The notes under the pieces are model-generated. The model saw nothing but the letters and a program-made list of their open reading frames with translations. It was not told where the DNA came from and did no database searches. This document shows positions 50,307 to 60,039 of a DNA stretch of 64,000 bases, one piece after another (within the stretch, counting starts at the first letter, position 1; every line of letters starts with the position of its first letter). This DNA is from a bacterium. GTDB taxonomy: Bacteria; Electryoneota; Electryoneia; Electryoneales; Electryoneaceae. The DNA lies in assembly GCA_963669175.1 (NCBI GenBank), contig OY769902.1, positions 1,024,001 to 1,088,000 of the forward strand, in the 5' to 3' direction. Both the position numbers and the translations under genes were made by a program.

Positions 50307-50374
50307 AGTTGTTAAGCAAAGTCGCACCATAAAGTGCAAAACATTTCATACAGAAGGTAGAAGGAGAAAGAAAG

Positions 50375-50644
50375 ATGCCATTGACGAAAGAAGCAAAGGC
50401 AGAACTGGTCAAGACGTACGGCAGCAACGACCAGGATACCGGCCGTACCGAAGTGCAGATCGCATTGTTGACCGCACGGATTCAGGAGCTTACGGACCAT
50501 TTCCGTACGCACAAGAAGGATCACCATTCCCGTCGCGGCTTGCTGCAGATGGTTGGCAAGCGCCGCAGGTTGCTTGATTACCTCAAGAAGAACGACATCC
50601 AGGGATACCGTGACCTGATCAAGAAACTCGGAATCCGCCGGTAA
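50375..50644 (+). CDS. rpsO: 30S ribosomal protein S15
   Basis: [30 protein letters not shown]. Confidence 0.97.
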   Translation: MPLTKEAKAELVKTYGSNDQDTGRTEVQIALLTARIQELTDHFRTHKKDHHSRRGLLQMVGKRRRLLDYLKKNDIQGYRDLIKKLGIRR

Positions 50645-50685
50645 CGCGTCGGCACGAACAAGTGCTACGGCACACGGAGGAATGC

Positions 50686-52914
50686 ATGGTAGTAAAGAAA
50701 TCGATCGAATTAGGCGGTCGGACACTTTCCATTGAAGTGGGCAAAGTTGCGAAGCAGGCTGACGGCGCTGCATGGATTCAGTACGGGGACACCATTATCC
50801 TCGCTACTGTCGTATCCAAGAAAGAGCTGTCGGACAATACGGACTTCTTCCCGCTTTCAGTGGATTTCCGCGAGAAGATGTTTGCTGGCGGCAGGATTCC
50901 CGGTGGCTTCTTCAAGCGTGAAGCGCGGCCTCACGAGAAGGAAGTTCTGACTTCCCGTCTCATTGACCGTCCCATCCGGCCTCTTTTCCCGAAGGGCTAT
51001 TATTATGAAACCCAGGTACTGATTACAGTACTGTCTCATGATGGTGTCACAGACGCCGACATCCTTGGTGGCATTGGCGCTTCAACCGCCATTCAAGTGT
51101 CCGACATTCCTTTCGAGCAGGGATGTGCGTCGGTAAAGATCGCCCGCATTGACGGCGAGCTGATCCTGAATCCGACCATCGAACAGCTTGAACACACCGA
51201 TATCGACATGATCGTTGGCGGCACCAAAGAAGCCATCACCATGGTCGAAGGTGAAGCGAAAGAGATCAACGAAGACGAGTTTATCGCTGCTATCGATTTT
51301 GCCCACGAATACATCAAGCAGATCATTGAACTGCAAGATGCAATCGCGGCGGAAATCGGCAAGCCCAAGCGTGAATGGGTAGCGATTGAAGTCACCCCGG
51401 AAATCGAAGAAGCAGTTCGCAAGGTTGCCTGGGATGATGTCAGCAAAGCCGTCCAGATCCAGGAGAAGGTCGAACGCAAGCAGGCCATTTCTGCGATCAA
51501 GGACAGCATGAAGGAGCAGTTCGCCGAGCAGTTCCCGGAACAGGAAAAGACCATTTCCTGGGCAGTGGAAAAGCTGGTCAAGGAAGCCATGCGGGAGAAC
51601 GTACTGGACAAGAAGGTGCGTCTGGATGGCCGTGGCACTCGTGACATCCGTGCCATTACCGCAGAAGTTGGCTTGCTGCCCCGCGTACACGGTTCCGCCC
51701 TCTTCACCCGTGGTCAGACCCAATCCCTGGGCACCTGTACCCTGGGCACCAAGATGGACGAGCAGAAGATCGACGACCTGGACGGCAACTTCTGGAAGAC
51801 GTTCATGCTTCACTACAATTTCCCGCCGTTCTGCACGGGTGAAGTGAAGAAGAACCTCGGTACCGGACGTCGTGAGCAGGGGCATGGTCACCTGGCAGAG
51901 CGCGCCATCAAGGCGATGTTGCCCAAGTGGGAAGATTTCCCCTACACCATTCGCCTGGTCAGTGATATTCTGGAGTCCAACGGTTCCAGCTCCATGGCGA
52001 CTGTCTGCTCCGGCTCCCTGGCCGCGATGGACGCCGGTGTTCCGCTGAAGAAGTCGGTTGCCGGTATCGCGATGGGCCTGATCAAGAGCGAAGACAAGTA
52101 CGTTATCCTGTCCGACATCCTGGGTGATGAAGACCACCTGGGCGACATGGACTTCAAGGTTGCGGGTACCTGCGACGGTATCACCGCATTCCAGATGGAT
52201 ATCAAGATCAAGGGCCTGTCCCGTGACATCATGACAGAAGCCCTGGCCCAGGCCAAAGAAGGCCGTCTGCATATCCTGGGTATCATGGATGCAGCATTAT
52301 CCACGCCGCGCGAGAAGGTATCCCTGCTGGCGCCGCGTATTGCCTTCATGCACATTGATCCGGAACAGATCGGCATGGTGATCGGCCCCGGTGGACGCAC
52401 CATTCGCCAGATTCAGTCGGAATATAACGTGAACATCGACATCGACGATGATGGCACCCTTTGCATTTCATCGAACGATGATGAAGGTTCGCGCCTGGCT
52501 ACCGAGCTGTTGAAGAACATGACTCGTGAGCCGGAAGTCGGCGAAGTTTACAAGGCCAAGGTCATGAAGATCACCGATTTCGGCGCATTCTGCGAGATCT
52601 TCCCCGGCAAAGAAGGACTGGTACACATTTCCGAGTTGGAATGGCACCGTGTCGGTAAGGTCGAAGATGTGGTCCAGGTCGGTGACATCATTGAAGTCAA
52701 GCTGGTCAACATCAACGACCAGGGCAAGCTGGACCTGTCCCGCAAAATCCTGCTTCCGAAGCCGGAAGGCTACAAGGAACGTCCCCCGCGTCAGGGTGGT
52801 ACCGGCGGCGGTCGTCCCGGTGGCGGCAAGCCCCCGTATAAGGGTGGCAACCGCAGTGGTGGCAGTGGCGGCAACCGTGGCCCGAAAAGCGGCGGTGGCA
52901 ACCGCAAGTTCTAG
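50686..52914 (+). CDS. pnp: Polyribonucleotide nucleotidyltransferase
   Basis: GGAGG then ATG at 50686; FFPLSVD, RLIDRPIRP, ESNGSSSMA, GDMDFKVAG; KH and S1 domains. Confidence 0.97.
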   Translation: MVVKKSIELGGRTLSIEVGKVAKQADGAAWIQYGDTIILATVVSKKELSDNTDFFPLSVDFREKMFAGGRIPGGFFKREARPHEKEVLTSRLIDRPIRPLFPKGYYYETQVLITVLSHDGVTDADILGGIGASTAIQVSDIPFEQGCASVKIARIDGELILNPTIEQLEHTDIDMIVGGTKEAITMVEGEAKEINEDEFIAAIDFAHEYIKQIIELQDAIAAEIGKPKREWVAIEVTPEIEEAVRKVAWDDVSKAVQIQEKVERKQAISAIKDSMKEQFAEQFPEQEKTISWAVEKLVKEAMRENVLDKKVRLDGRGTRDIRAITAEVGLLPRVHGSALFTRGQTQSLGTCTLGTKMDEQKIDDLDGNFWKTFMLHYNFPPFCTGEVKKNLGTGRREQGHGHLAERAIKAMLPKWEDFPYTIRLVSDILESNGSSSMATVCSGSLAAMDAGVPLKKSVAGIAMGLIKSEDKYVILSDILGDEDHLGDMDFKVAGTCDGITAFQMDIKIKGLSRDIMTEALAQAKEGRLHILGIMDAALSTPREKVSLLAPRIAFMHIDPEQIGMVIGPGGRTIRQIQSEYNVNIDIDDDGTLCISSNDDEGSRLATELLKNMTREPEVGEVYKAKVMKITDFGAFCEIFPGKEGLVHISELEWHRVGKVEDVVQVGDIIEVKLVNINDQGKLDLSRKILLPKPEGYKERPPRQGGTGGGRPGGGKPPYKGGNRSGGSGGNRGPKSGGGNRKF

Positions 52915-52925
52915 ACTGGTTTAAC

Positions 52926-53101
52926 CGTCAGGTCACACGGCCGCGTAGCCGCGACCGCAAGACCTGACGGAACGCTGTTGATCTGGCCGCAAGACCTGAC
53001 GGAACGCTGTTGATCTGGCAGCAAGACCGGACGGAACATTGACAGGGACTGTATTGCTTGTTGTGTCAGGTCTTGAAGCGCGAAGCGGTTTGTGACCTGA
53101 C
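52926..53101. repeat. REP/BIME-like cluster: GACCTGAC inverted repeats plus a 32-bp tandem repeat (~2.6 copies)
   Basis: ccgtcaggtc (52926) pairs with gacctgacgg (52961). The unit cgcaagacctgacggaacgctgttgatctggc occurs at 52956, 52988 and, diverged, 53020. A second hairpin tgtcaggtc..gacctgaca spans 53063-53101. Confidence 0.75.
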
Positions 53102-53219
53102 ACTTGAAAGAGATTGTGTTGATAAATTCATCGGGTGGGTGGTGAAGCTGCCACTCACCCGGTTTGTTTTCACGAAAAACCTGGCCTGACCTCACGCGGT
53201 CTGTCCTGTTTTTCGAACC

Positions 53220-54494
53220 TTGAGGGAATACGTGCAGACAACAAAAATTCAAACAGAAGCCAGCATACTGCAAAAGACAGTAATGGATTCCGGCGTCCGT
53301 GTGATCACAGAGCGTTTTGATAATGTCCGTTCGGCGGCTGTAGGTGCGTGGTTCCTCGCCGGGGCACGTGATGAAACTCCTGAGCTGAACGGCATTTCTC
53401 ATTTCCTGGAACACATGATGTTCAAGGGGACAGACAAACGCTCGCCGTTACAGATCGCACGTGAAATCGAACAGGTCGGCGGTCACCTCAACGCGTTTAC
53501 CAGTAAGGAAGTGACAGCCTATTACGCTCACCTGCTGGATGAACGGCTGCCGTTGGCGGTGGATGTCCTCACGGATATCGTTTCGCATTCCAAGTTTATA
53601 GACAAAGAGCTGGAACGCGAACGTGGGGTCGTGCTGGAAGAGATCGCCGCCGCAGAAGATGCCCCCGATGATGTCGTGCATGAAGATTTCACCAGTCTGC
53701 TGTTCCCGGACCACAGCCTGGGGCGGCCGATTCTCGGGACACGAGAAAAGGTGTCTTCTTTCGGCCGTGATACCGTGATGGACTACTGGTCAACACGCTA
53801 TTCCGCAGACCGTTGCATTATCTCTGCGGCGGGTCGGGTGGACCATGACAAGCTGGTTCGCATGGTGGAAAAGAAGCTGGAACTCAAGAATACCAGCGCA
53901 CCGGAACGAGTGGTGTTTGACCAGCGCGCCCCGAAAGCGGAAACCCATATCCGTAAAAAGGATATTGTGCAGGCGCACCTGGTGCTGGGCATGCGTGGGT
54001 ACACGTTCCACGATGAGCGTCGTTTCCCGTTCTTTATCCTGAATACGGTTTTAGGCAGCGGGATGTCTTCGCGCCTGTTCCAGAGTGTACGGGAACGGAA
54101 CGGGCTGGCCTATTCCATCTACTCTTTCCACGAGGCTTATGGGGATACGGGCCTGTTCGGCATCTACGCCGGAACAGAAGAGAAGCAGGTTGGCAAGGCG
54201 GAAAAGCTGATCCGTAAAGAGATGAAGAAGATGGCGGACAAGCCTCTGAGCAAGGCCGAATTGAACCGTGCCAAGACCCAATTGAAGGGCGCGCTCATGC
54301 TTGGTCTGGAGAATGTATCGACTCGTATGAGCCGTCTGGCTCGAAACGAGGCGTTCCTGAGCAAGTTTGTGACCATCGACGAACTGCTTGGTTACATCGA
54401 TGAAGTGACTTTCGAAAAGGTCCAGGAAGTCGCCAACGATCTGTTCAGCCAGGAGCCCAGTATCGCGCTGGTGCTACCGCAGGGGAAAAACTGA
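53220..54494 (+). CDS. M16 family zinc peptidase (pitrilysin-like)
   Basis: HFLEHMMFKGT (HxxEH), NAFTSKE, SSRLFQSVRERNGLAY; usual position after pnp. Confidence 0.92.
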   Translation: MREYVQTTKIQTEASILQKTVMDSGVRVITERFDNVRSAAVGAWFLAGARDETPELNGISHFLEHMMFKGTDKRSPLQIAREIEQVGGHLNAFTSKEVTAYYAHLLDERLPLAVDVLTDIVSHSKFIDKELERERGVVLEEIAAAEDAPDDVVHEDFTSLLFPDHSLGRPILGTREKVSSFGRDTVMDYWSTRYSADRCIISAAGRVDHDKLVRMVEKKLELKNTSAPERVVFDQRAPKAETHIRKKDIVQAHLVLGMRGYTFHDERRFPFFILNTVLGSGMSSRLFQSVRERNGLAYSIYSFHEAYGDTGLFGIYAGTEEKQVGKAEKLIRKEMKKMADKPLSKAELNRAKTQLKGALMLGLENVSTRMSRLARNEAFLSKFVTIDELLGYIDEVTFEKVQEVANDLFSQEPSIALVLPQGKN

Positions 54495-54523
54495 TACGCA
54501 GGTTTAGAAGAGAAGACTTCTGC

Positions 54524-54606
54524 AAAAGGGGACTGTTTCCTTTCTCGCGTGATGCAGCTTGAAGCTTGCATGAATGGCGTTGGGAAAGGTGGCTGTCCCC
54601 TTTTTT
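54524..54606 (+). terminator. Long imperfect hairpin, probable terminator of the rimP-pnp-M16 cluster
   Basis: aaaaggggac..cctttc pairs with gaaagg..gtcccctttt; inner atgcagctt/aagcttgcat stem; T-run. Confidence 0.55.
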
Positions 54607-54646
54607 GTGTAATGTTTTCAATATATTGACAGGGCCACCCGACCTT

Positions 54647-54783
54647 GAAGTTTGAAAGTTGAAAAGTTCGAAGGTTCGAAAGTTATATTATTCATTGTTT
54701 TTCATCCTGATCATCCTTCACCATCCTGTTCATCCTGTGAATTCATCCTGTAAACTCTGTAAATCCATCCTGTAAATCCTGTG
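54647..54783. repeat. 8-bp AAAGTT array followed by a ~9-bp CATCCTG array
   Basis: gaagtttgaaagttgaaaagttcgaaggttcgaaagtt; then catcctgat-catccttca-catcctgtt-catcctgtg...catcctgta-aatcctgtg. Confidence 0.75.
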
Positions 54784-54791
54784 CACTACAG

Positions 54792-54820
54792 AAAAACCCG
54801 GCAGGAAAACCCACCGGGTT
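54792..54820 (-). terminator. Intrinsic terminator of gcvT
   Basis: AACCCGG..CCGGGTT stem with a T-run on the minus strand. Confidence 0.6.
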
Positions 54821-54875
54821 GAAGAATCACGGTAACCCGGCCATGTTTGGCCGGGGAAACAGGCTATTCAGACTG

Positions 54876-55967
54876 TTAATACGGCCGTTTGTAGAACGGT
54901 GTTTCAACAACAACCGCCGGAACGCGCTTGTTCCGGATCGCGACCTCAAAACGTGTGCCGACCTGGGTATATTCCTTGTCCAGGTACGCCATGCCGACGC
55001 CCTTGTCCAACATCGGTGACCAGCATCCGCTGGTGACGTGGCCGATTTTCTCATCGCCAAGGAAGCATTCGTATTCGTGGCGCGGGATGGCCTTGCCTTC
55101 AACCTCGAAGCCGATCAGCTTACGTGTGATGCCCTGTTCCTTGACCTTCAGCACGGCGTCACGTCCGATAAACTCACCCTTGGCGGACTTGGTAATCCAG
55201 CCAAGACCCGCTTCGATAGTGTTGGTGGTGTGGTCGATGTCGTTGCCGTAAAGGGCGAACTTCATCTCGAGCCGCAGGGTGTCACGTGCGCCCAGGCCGA
55301 TAGGTTCGATGTCGAACTCGGCTCCGGCTTCCATGATCGCATCCCACAATTTTTCAGCGTACTCGTTTTTCACATACAGCTCAAAACCATCTTCGCCCGT
55401 GTACCCTGTACGACTGATGATCATGGGCATATCTGCCACGTTGCCTTCGGCAAAATGATAGTACTTGATCTCTTCCAGCTTCACATCGGTCAGTTTCTGG
55501 ATGGTCGGCTGTGCATTGCGGCCCTGGATAGCGAGCAGGGAATAGCTGTCGCTGTCGTCAACCAGTTCCACGCCATCGGGCTTGTTGTCAACGAAGTGGT
55601 TCCAGTCTTTCTGACGATTGGCTGCGTTGACCACGATCATGAACTTGTCTTCGAAACGGTAGACCAGCAGGTCATCAACGATTCCGCCATCCTCAAACAG
55701 GGTTGCACTGTACTGAGCCTGGTTCACGTTGAGTTTACGGACGTTGTTTACCGTCATCGAGTTCAGCCATTCCGCCGCGCCATCCCCACTGACAAAGAAT
55801 TCTCCCATATGGGACACATCAAACATACCGACCGATTCACGGACTTTGCGATGTTCCGCATTAATGCCCGCATACTGAATCGGCATGATGTACCCGGCAA
55901 ACGGCGCCAATTTCGCACCGGCCTCAACATGCTTGTTGTACAACGCAGTCTTCGCGCCTTCCATCAT
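54876..55967 (-). CDS. gcvT: Glycine cleavage system aminomethyltransferase T
   Basis: MFDVSHMGE, VVNAAN, SRTGYTGEDGFE, GLGARDTLRLE, LYGND. Confidence 0.96.
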   Translation of the reverse strand: MMEGAKTALYNKHVEAGAKLAPFAGYIMPIQYAGINAEHRKVRESVGMFDVSHMGEFFVSGDGAAEWLNSMTVNNVRKLNVNQAQYSATLFEDGGIVDDLLVYRFEDKFMIVVNAANRQKDWNHFVDNKPDGVELVDDSDSYSLLAIQGRNAQPTIQKLTDVKLEEIKYYHFAEGNVADMPMIISRTGYTGEDGFELYVKNEYAEKLWDAIMEAGAEFDIEPIGLGARDTLRLEMKFALYGNDIDHTTNTIEAGLGWITKSAKGEFIGRDAVLKVKEQGITRKLIGFEVEGKAIPRHEYECFLGDEKIGHVTSGCWSPMLDKGVGMAYLDKEYTQVGTRFEVAIRNKRVPAVVVETPFYKRPY

Positions 55968-56206
55968 CGTTCCCCTTTTCTGTCGTGGAACTCCTGCTTC
56001 CTGGCTTCAACCGGTTCCGTAACCCCCACCCGAGAGTACAGGATACGCATTCCAGGACTTTGCAGCAACTCATGCCCGGCAAATGTATGAATCCTGTCCA
56101 TGTAAGGAAAGCCTTTTGCAGGGTGAGCCTCTCATCAAAATGGAACTGAAAAAGAGGAAACACAGGAATTAGCGGAGGATAGGTAATTTTCAGGGGTCAG
56201 GAGAAT

Positions 56207-56235
56207 AAAACGCCGCAATCAGGGATTGCGGCGTC
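56207..56235 (-). terminator. Intrinsic terminator of the cold-shock gene
   Basis: ACGCCGCAATC/GATTGCGGCGT stem followed by TTTT on the minus strand. Confidence 0.7.
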
Positions 56236-56256
56236 GGTATCAGGCGTTGTACAACA

Positions 56257-56481
56257 TTACCAGGTGGTAGGCTGGCCTCCCCCGCCAACACGCTGTACGT
56301 CGCGAGCGGCGAGACCCTTCTCCCCCTGCTCGACTTCAAATTCAACTTCTTCGCCTTCTTCCAGATTACGGAAACCACTGCCGGAAATCGCGCTGAAATG
56401 GACGAAGACATCCTTGCCGTCTTCAGACTCGATAAAGCCGTAACCCTTCTTACTGTCAAACCACTTCACTCTACCCTTCAT
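56257..56481 (-). CDS. Cold-shock protein (CspA family)
   Basis: [15 protein letters not shown] (RNP1) and DVFVHFSAI (RNP2). Confidence 0.95.
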   Translation of the reverse strand: MKGRVKWFDSKKGYGFIESEDGKDVFVHFSAISGSGFRNLEEGEEVEFEVEQGEKGLAARDVQRVGGGGQPTTW

Positions 56482-56540
56482 TCGTGCCTCTACTGTTACT
56501 GAAAATCTCTACCTGAGTCCATCGCCCCAGATCACATTTC

Positions 56541-56570
56541 AAAATAGTGTAGGGTTTCTGCGGAGTTCAA
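56541..56570 (-). promoter_or_regulatory. Putative promoter of the cold-shock gene
   Basis: Minus strand TTGAAC-N18-TATTTT. Confidence 0.45.
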
Positions 56571-56815
56571 CCACTTTTCTCTCAGGAATGAAAATATTTC
56601 CAAAAGGACATGTTCCGAGGGAGACCGGCATAAATAGACACGAAATAGAAACGTGGTTCGGCTAGCTTGGGGAAATATCAAGAGTTAGCGAAAGGCGCCA
56701 AGCTTTCGGTTGAGTGATGTGCAGGTTGTAAGAAATTGGATATGCACATGATGCATGAAAACTGTTACTGTTTTTACGGGCTCTTTCTGCTCGGAGCTGG
56801 CGAGCCGGAAGCATC

Positions 56816-57994
56816 TCAGGCAGCATGATCCATGTTTCTAAATGGTGGATTCGCACTTCTCAAATCTGAAATACCGTTGTGTCCGGGAAACTCGGACAGA
56901 GGCTGACTCTTTACCAGGGCGATCACTTCTTCCAGGTCTGCACTCTGCAAAATGGTGCGTTCAACGGCAAACAGATCGCCAAGTTGACCGGTAATCATGG
57001 GGAAAGACTGGAGCTGGTCGGAAAGCGCCCATTTCACCAGCCTGATTTCTCCATCCGCGATTTCAATGCCGGTCAATCCCTTCTTATGAACAAGGGCGCC
57101 GGAATTGAAATAGCAGGGAACCGGCTGGTCATCGCGAGTGAAATCGTTCCATTTTCCCAGGCCGCTGCCGTTACGAAGCAGATCCTTCATCAGTTGCAGG
57201 TTGGCTTTCATCAGGTACGATGCCGTGTTGTTGTGAACTTCACGCTCCAGGGTTGCGCATGCTTCCTGGAGTTCAGCACGGCAGGCAAAGGTCTGGAACA
57301 TGGGACGATGGGTGTGCCCGGCGATCAATACTTTGCTGCGTGATTTCGCCCAGCGGTACAGTTTCTGATCACGTTTCCAGCGAATCAGGTGATTGGTTGC
57401 GGCGCGTGCGGTGGAGATACGTGTGAACCGTTGAATCCAGCGCCAGGGATGACGGACAAAATAACGGCTGAACCAGGCATAGGTGTCGTCCAGCCCTTCA
57501 CCCTGGTGGCCATGAGTGATTACCAGTTCATCGCCCAGCAGCAGGCCGGAATAAACCTCGATATCCCCGAGGACCGGCTTCAGGTGTTTCTCCACCTTTT
57601 CCGGATGCCGCCATAAGTCATCGTGGTTGCCGTAAATCCGGGTGTAATATTCCGGTCCTTTTTCCGCGAACATGCGTTCCAGCGTGAATATGGTATCCTT
57701 ATATGCAGCCATAATTTCACGTGGTTTGGCTTCCCAGCATTCCTCGATATCCCCGTTCAGCACCAGCCGCCAGTCATTGTTGTAATACTGTTCCAGAACA
57801 TGGCAGAGAAGCATCTCGTTCGGGTGGCATTCGTCGATGCCGGGCGCCTTGTCCGCCTTGTGCATGTCGCTGAAGATGATGTACCTGTCACGTTTCAGGT
57901 CAAAAGGCAACCTGCGGGCAAAACGAAGGGATGCATCCATTGCCTGGAATGTGTTTCTTACCACCTTGCCGGATACAGTATCACGAAACAACAC
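56816..57994 (-). CDS. Calcineurin-like metallophosphoesterase
   Basis: SDMH, NGDIEE, GNHD, HGH, GHTH. Confidence 0.85.
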   Translation of the reverse strand: MLFRDTVSGKVVRNTFQAMDASLRFARRLPFDLKRDRYIIFSDMHKADKAPGIDECHPNEMLLCHVLEQYYNNDWRLVLNGDIEECWEAKPREIMAAYKDTIFTLERMFAEKGPEYYTRIYGNHDDLWRHPEKVEKHLKPVLGDIEVYSGLLLGDELVITHGHQGEGLDDTYAWFSRYFVRHPWRWIQRFTRISTARAATNHLIRWKRDQKLYRWAKSRSKVLIAGHTHRPMFQTFACRAELQEACATLEREVHNNTASYLMKANLQLMKDLLRNGSGLGKWNDFTRDDQPVPCYFNSGALVHKKGLTGIEIADGEIRLVKWALSDQLQSFPMITGQLGDLFAVERTILQSADLEEVIALVKSQPLSEFPGHNGISDLRSANPPFRNMDHAA

Positions 57995-58200
57995 GCTTGA
58001 CTCCTACTACGTCCTGCCATTCATCGCTGACGAACACCTGCTCACACAGTACGCATGAAACTCTGCACGACTTTTCCACTTTCTGGTGAAAGGATACCCT
58101 TCTCAGGTTAAAACTACGTTTGAGTTTGCCTCGGGAACTGTTAGAGCCTTTCTTTTTCAGGGGGTTAGCTGTGGCGCACAGGTAACTGCCAGAGGTGACT

Positions 58201-58683
58201 CACAGGATGTAAGGATAGAAGGATGGTAAGGATATTGCTAAGAGATTGGCCCCGACGACTTGTCCGGCGGTGGTCTATTCTAAGTTTGAAAGTTGTAAAG
58301 TTTAAAAGTTATTGATCGCTATTGGCCTCGAATTTTATCCTTGCTATCCTTATCATCCTTTACATCCTGTGCCTTGAATCAATGCCCGCTATAAATCAAT
58401 TAAAGGAGGAAAAGGCAATCACAGGTTGCATGGCCTGACTTGCCTGTGATCATCTCAAAGCGAATGAAGAAATCGGCTATGAATGAAAATCCTGCCCCAC
58501 AGGATGCCTTTGAAGCAAGTCGGGAGAACTGTAGTACACAAAACAAACGGTATCACTCTTTGTCTATTTAAGACATGAGGACGAACTCTTTCATTCAATA
58601 AGAATAGACCACCGCCGGACAAGCCGTCGGGGCCAACAAATATCTTTTTATCCTTGATATCCTTATCATCCTTAACATCCTGT
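58201..58683. mobile_element. MITE-like non-coding element with ~80-bp imperfect terminal inverted repeats
   Basis: 58246-58281 and 58601-58636 are reverse complements at 35/36 nt. They are flanked outward by inverted AGGATG/CATCCT arrays. No transposase is present. Confidence 0.55.
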
Positions 58684-58693
58684 AAATTCAATT

Positions 58694-58723
58694 AAAAACC
58701 CGGACTGCGAGCACAATCCGGGT
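58694..58723 (-). terminator. Intrinsic terminator of the M42 peptidase gene
   Basis: ACCCGGA..TCCGGGT stem with T5 on the minus strand. Confidence 0.65.
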
Positions 58724-58750
58724 CAGAGTGTTTACCAGCTACCACAGAGA

Positions 58751-59779
58751 CTACATGTACTGCCTGTCGCCAGCAGCTTCGAGGTAGGCGGCCAGCAGAT
58801 CAATACCTGCCTGCACATCTTCCTTGTGTACCAGTTCCACGGTAGAATGGACATAACGGCTGGGTATGGAAAGCGTGATCACATGCGCTCCTCCGGGAAC
58901 ACGCCAGATCGCGCCAGCGTCCGTCCCGCCACGGGGCAGGATCTCCGGTTGCCATTTGATCTCGTTGGCGTCGGCCAGTTCTTCCATGTGACGCACCAGC
59001 GCCGGGCTGGAGATGGAAGCGCTGTCCATACGTTTGATCCCGATCCCGTCGCCCATGCGTGTAACCGCTTCATGTTTGCCCGCGCCGGGGACGTCATTGG
59101 CGATGGTCACATCAATCGCGATGCCGATCTCGGGCTGGATCTGGGCGGCGGAGGCGGTAGCGCCACGAATGCCGACCTCTTCCTGCACTGCCGCGACAGC
59201 GTAAATCTGCGCATCGTGTTTCTTCAGCTTGCGAAGCGCCTCCAGCATGACATAGACACCGATACGGTCGTCCATGGCACGCGACAGGTACATATCGCCC
59301 ATTTCAGCGAATTCGCCCACCCAGGTAACCGGATCGCCGATGCGTACCAGTTCTTTCACCTTCTCGGCGTCCATACCCAGATCGATGAAGAAATCCTTCA
59401 CCTCAAGTGTTTTCTTTTTCTCTGCATCAGAAAGGACATGAACCGGCTTCGATCCCATCACACCCAACAGGTCTTCCTTACCGTGAACGATGACACGTTG
59501 CGCCATCAGCGTGCGAGCGTCAAAACCGCCGGTCGGGTTGATACGCAGGAAACCGTCCTCGTCGATATACGACACCATGAACCCGATCTGGTCCATGTGA
59601 GCGGAAATCATCACTTTGGGGCCGTTGCCCTTCTTCACGCCGATCAAGTTTCCCAGGCGGTCCACACGCAGCTCATCGACCAGGCTTTCCATTTCCTCAC
59701 GGACCACTTCACGAATCCGTTGTTCCTGCCCCGGGCAACCGGGTGTCTGGGTCAGTTTTTTCAGCAAATCCACAGGCAT
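58751..59779 (-). CDS. M42 family aminopeptidase (TET-like)
   Basis: AHMDQIG, DDRIG, QEEVG, IAIDVT, GGTDAG, RYVHS. Confidence 0.93.
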   Translation of the reverse strand: MPVDLLKKLTQTPGCPGQEQRIREVVREEMESLVDELRVDRLGNLIGVKKGNGPKVMISAHMDQIGFMVSYIDEDGFLRINPTGGFDARTLMAQRVIVHGKEDLLGVMGSKPVHVLSDAEKKKTLEVKDFFIDLGMDAEKVKELVRIGDPVTWVGEFAEMGDMYLSRAMDDRIGVYVMLEALRKLKKHDAQIYAVAAVQEEVGIRGATASAAQIQPEIGIAIDVTIANDVPGAGKHEAVTRMGDGIGIKRMDSASISSPALVRHMEELADANEIKWQPEILPRGGTDAGAIWRVPGGAHVITLSIPSRYVHSTVELVHKEDVQAGIDLLAAYLEAAGDRQYM

Positions 59780-59941
59780 ATCCTTTCATGTATGTCGTTG
59801 TATGGTTGGTAGTTTGTTATGATGACCACTTTTGGTACGTGAGTCAAGTTGCATGGTTCCGTTGGGTCTCTTTGTTTCTGTTTGCTCACGTCTGATTAGA
59901 TCCCGGACCGGGGGCAGTCCGGGCTACCTTCTTCAAATAAA

Positions 59942-60014
59942 CGAGAATTAATTCTCTCTTCCCTCTTGACACGAGTCCTGTTACCTGCTCATCTTTAACG
60001 AGAAATAATTCTCG
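59942..60014 (+). promoter_or_regulatory. blaI promoter with two palindromic operators
   Basis: CGAGAA-TTAA-TTCTCT (59942-59957) and CGAGAA-ATAA-TTCTCG (59999-60014) flank TTGACA (59966-59971). Confidence 0.65.
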
Positions 60015-60039
60015 CAAAGAAACCGAACCGGGAGCAACG

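Noticed and set aside
51082-52272. 396-aa antisense ORF (likewise 55038-56090, 58826-59812, 16674-17747, 6738-7604, 21196-22035, 35077-35865)
   Set aside because: These are shadows of well-supported genes on the opposite strand and have no recognisable motifs.
52956-53040. 32-bp repeats as a CRISPR array
   Set aside because: The repeats are directly adjacent with no unique spacers, and no cas genes are present.
55968-56200. Glycine riboswitch upstream of gcvT
   Set aside because: Only a weak CTCTCGGGT resemblance; the GGAGA/CCGAAG elements were not found.
58455-58691. 78-aa ORF beginning MNLQDVKDDKDIKD
   Set aside because: It is a translation of the 9-bp repeat array in the inverted-repeat arm.
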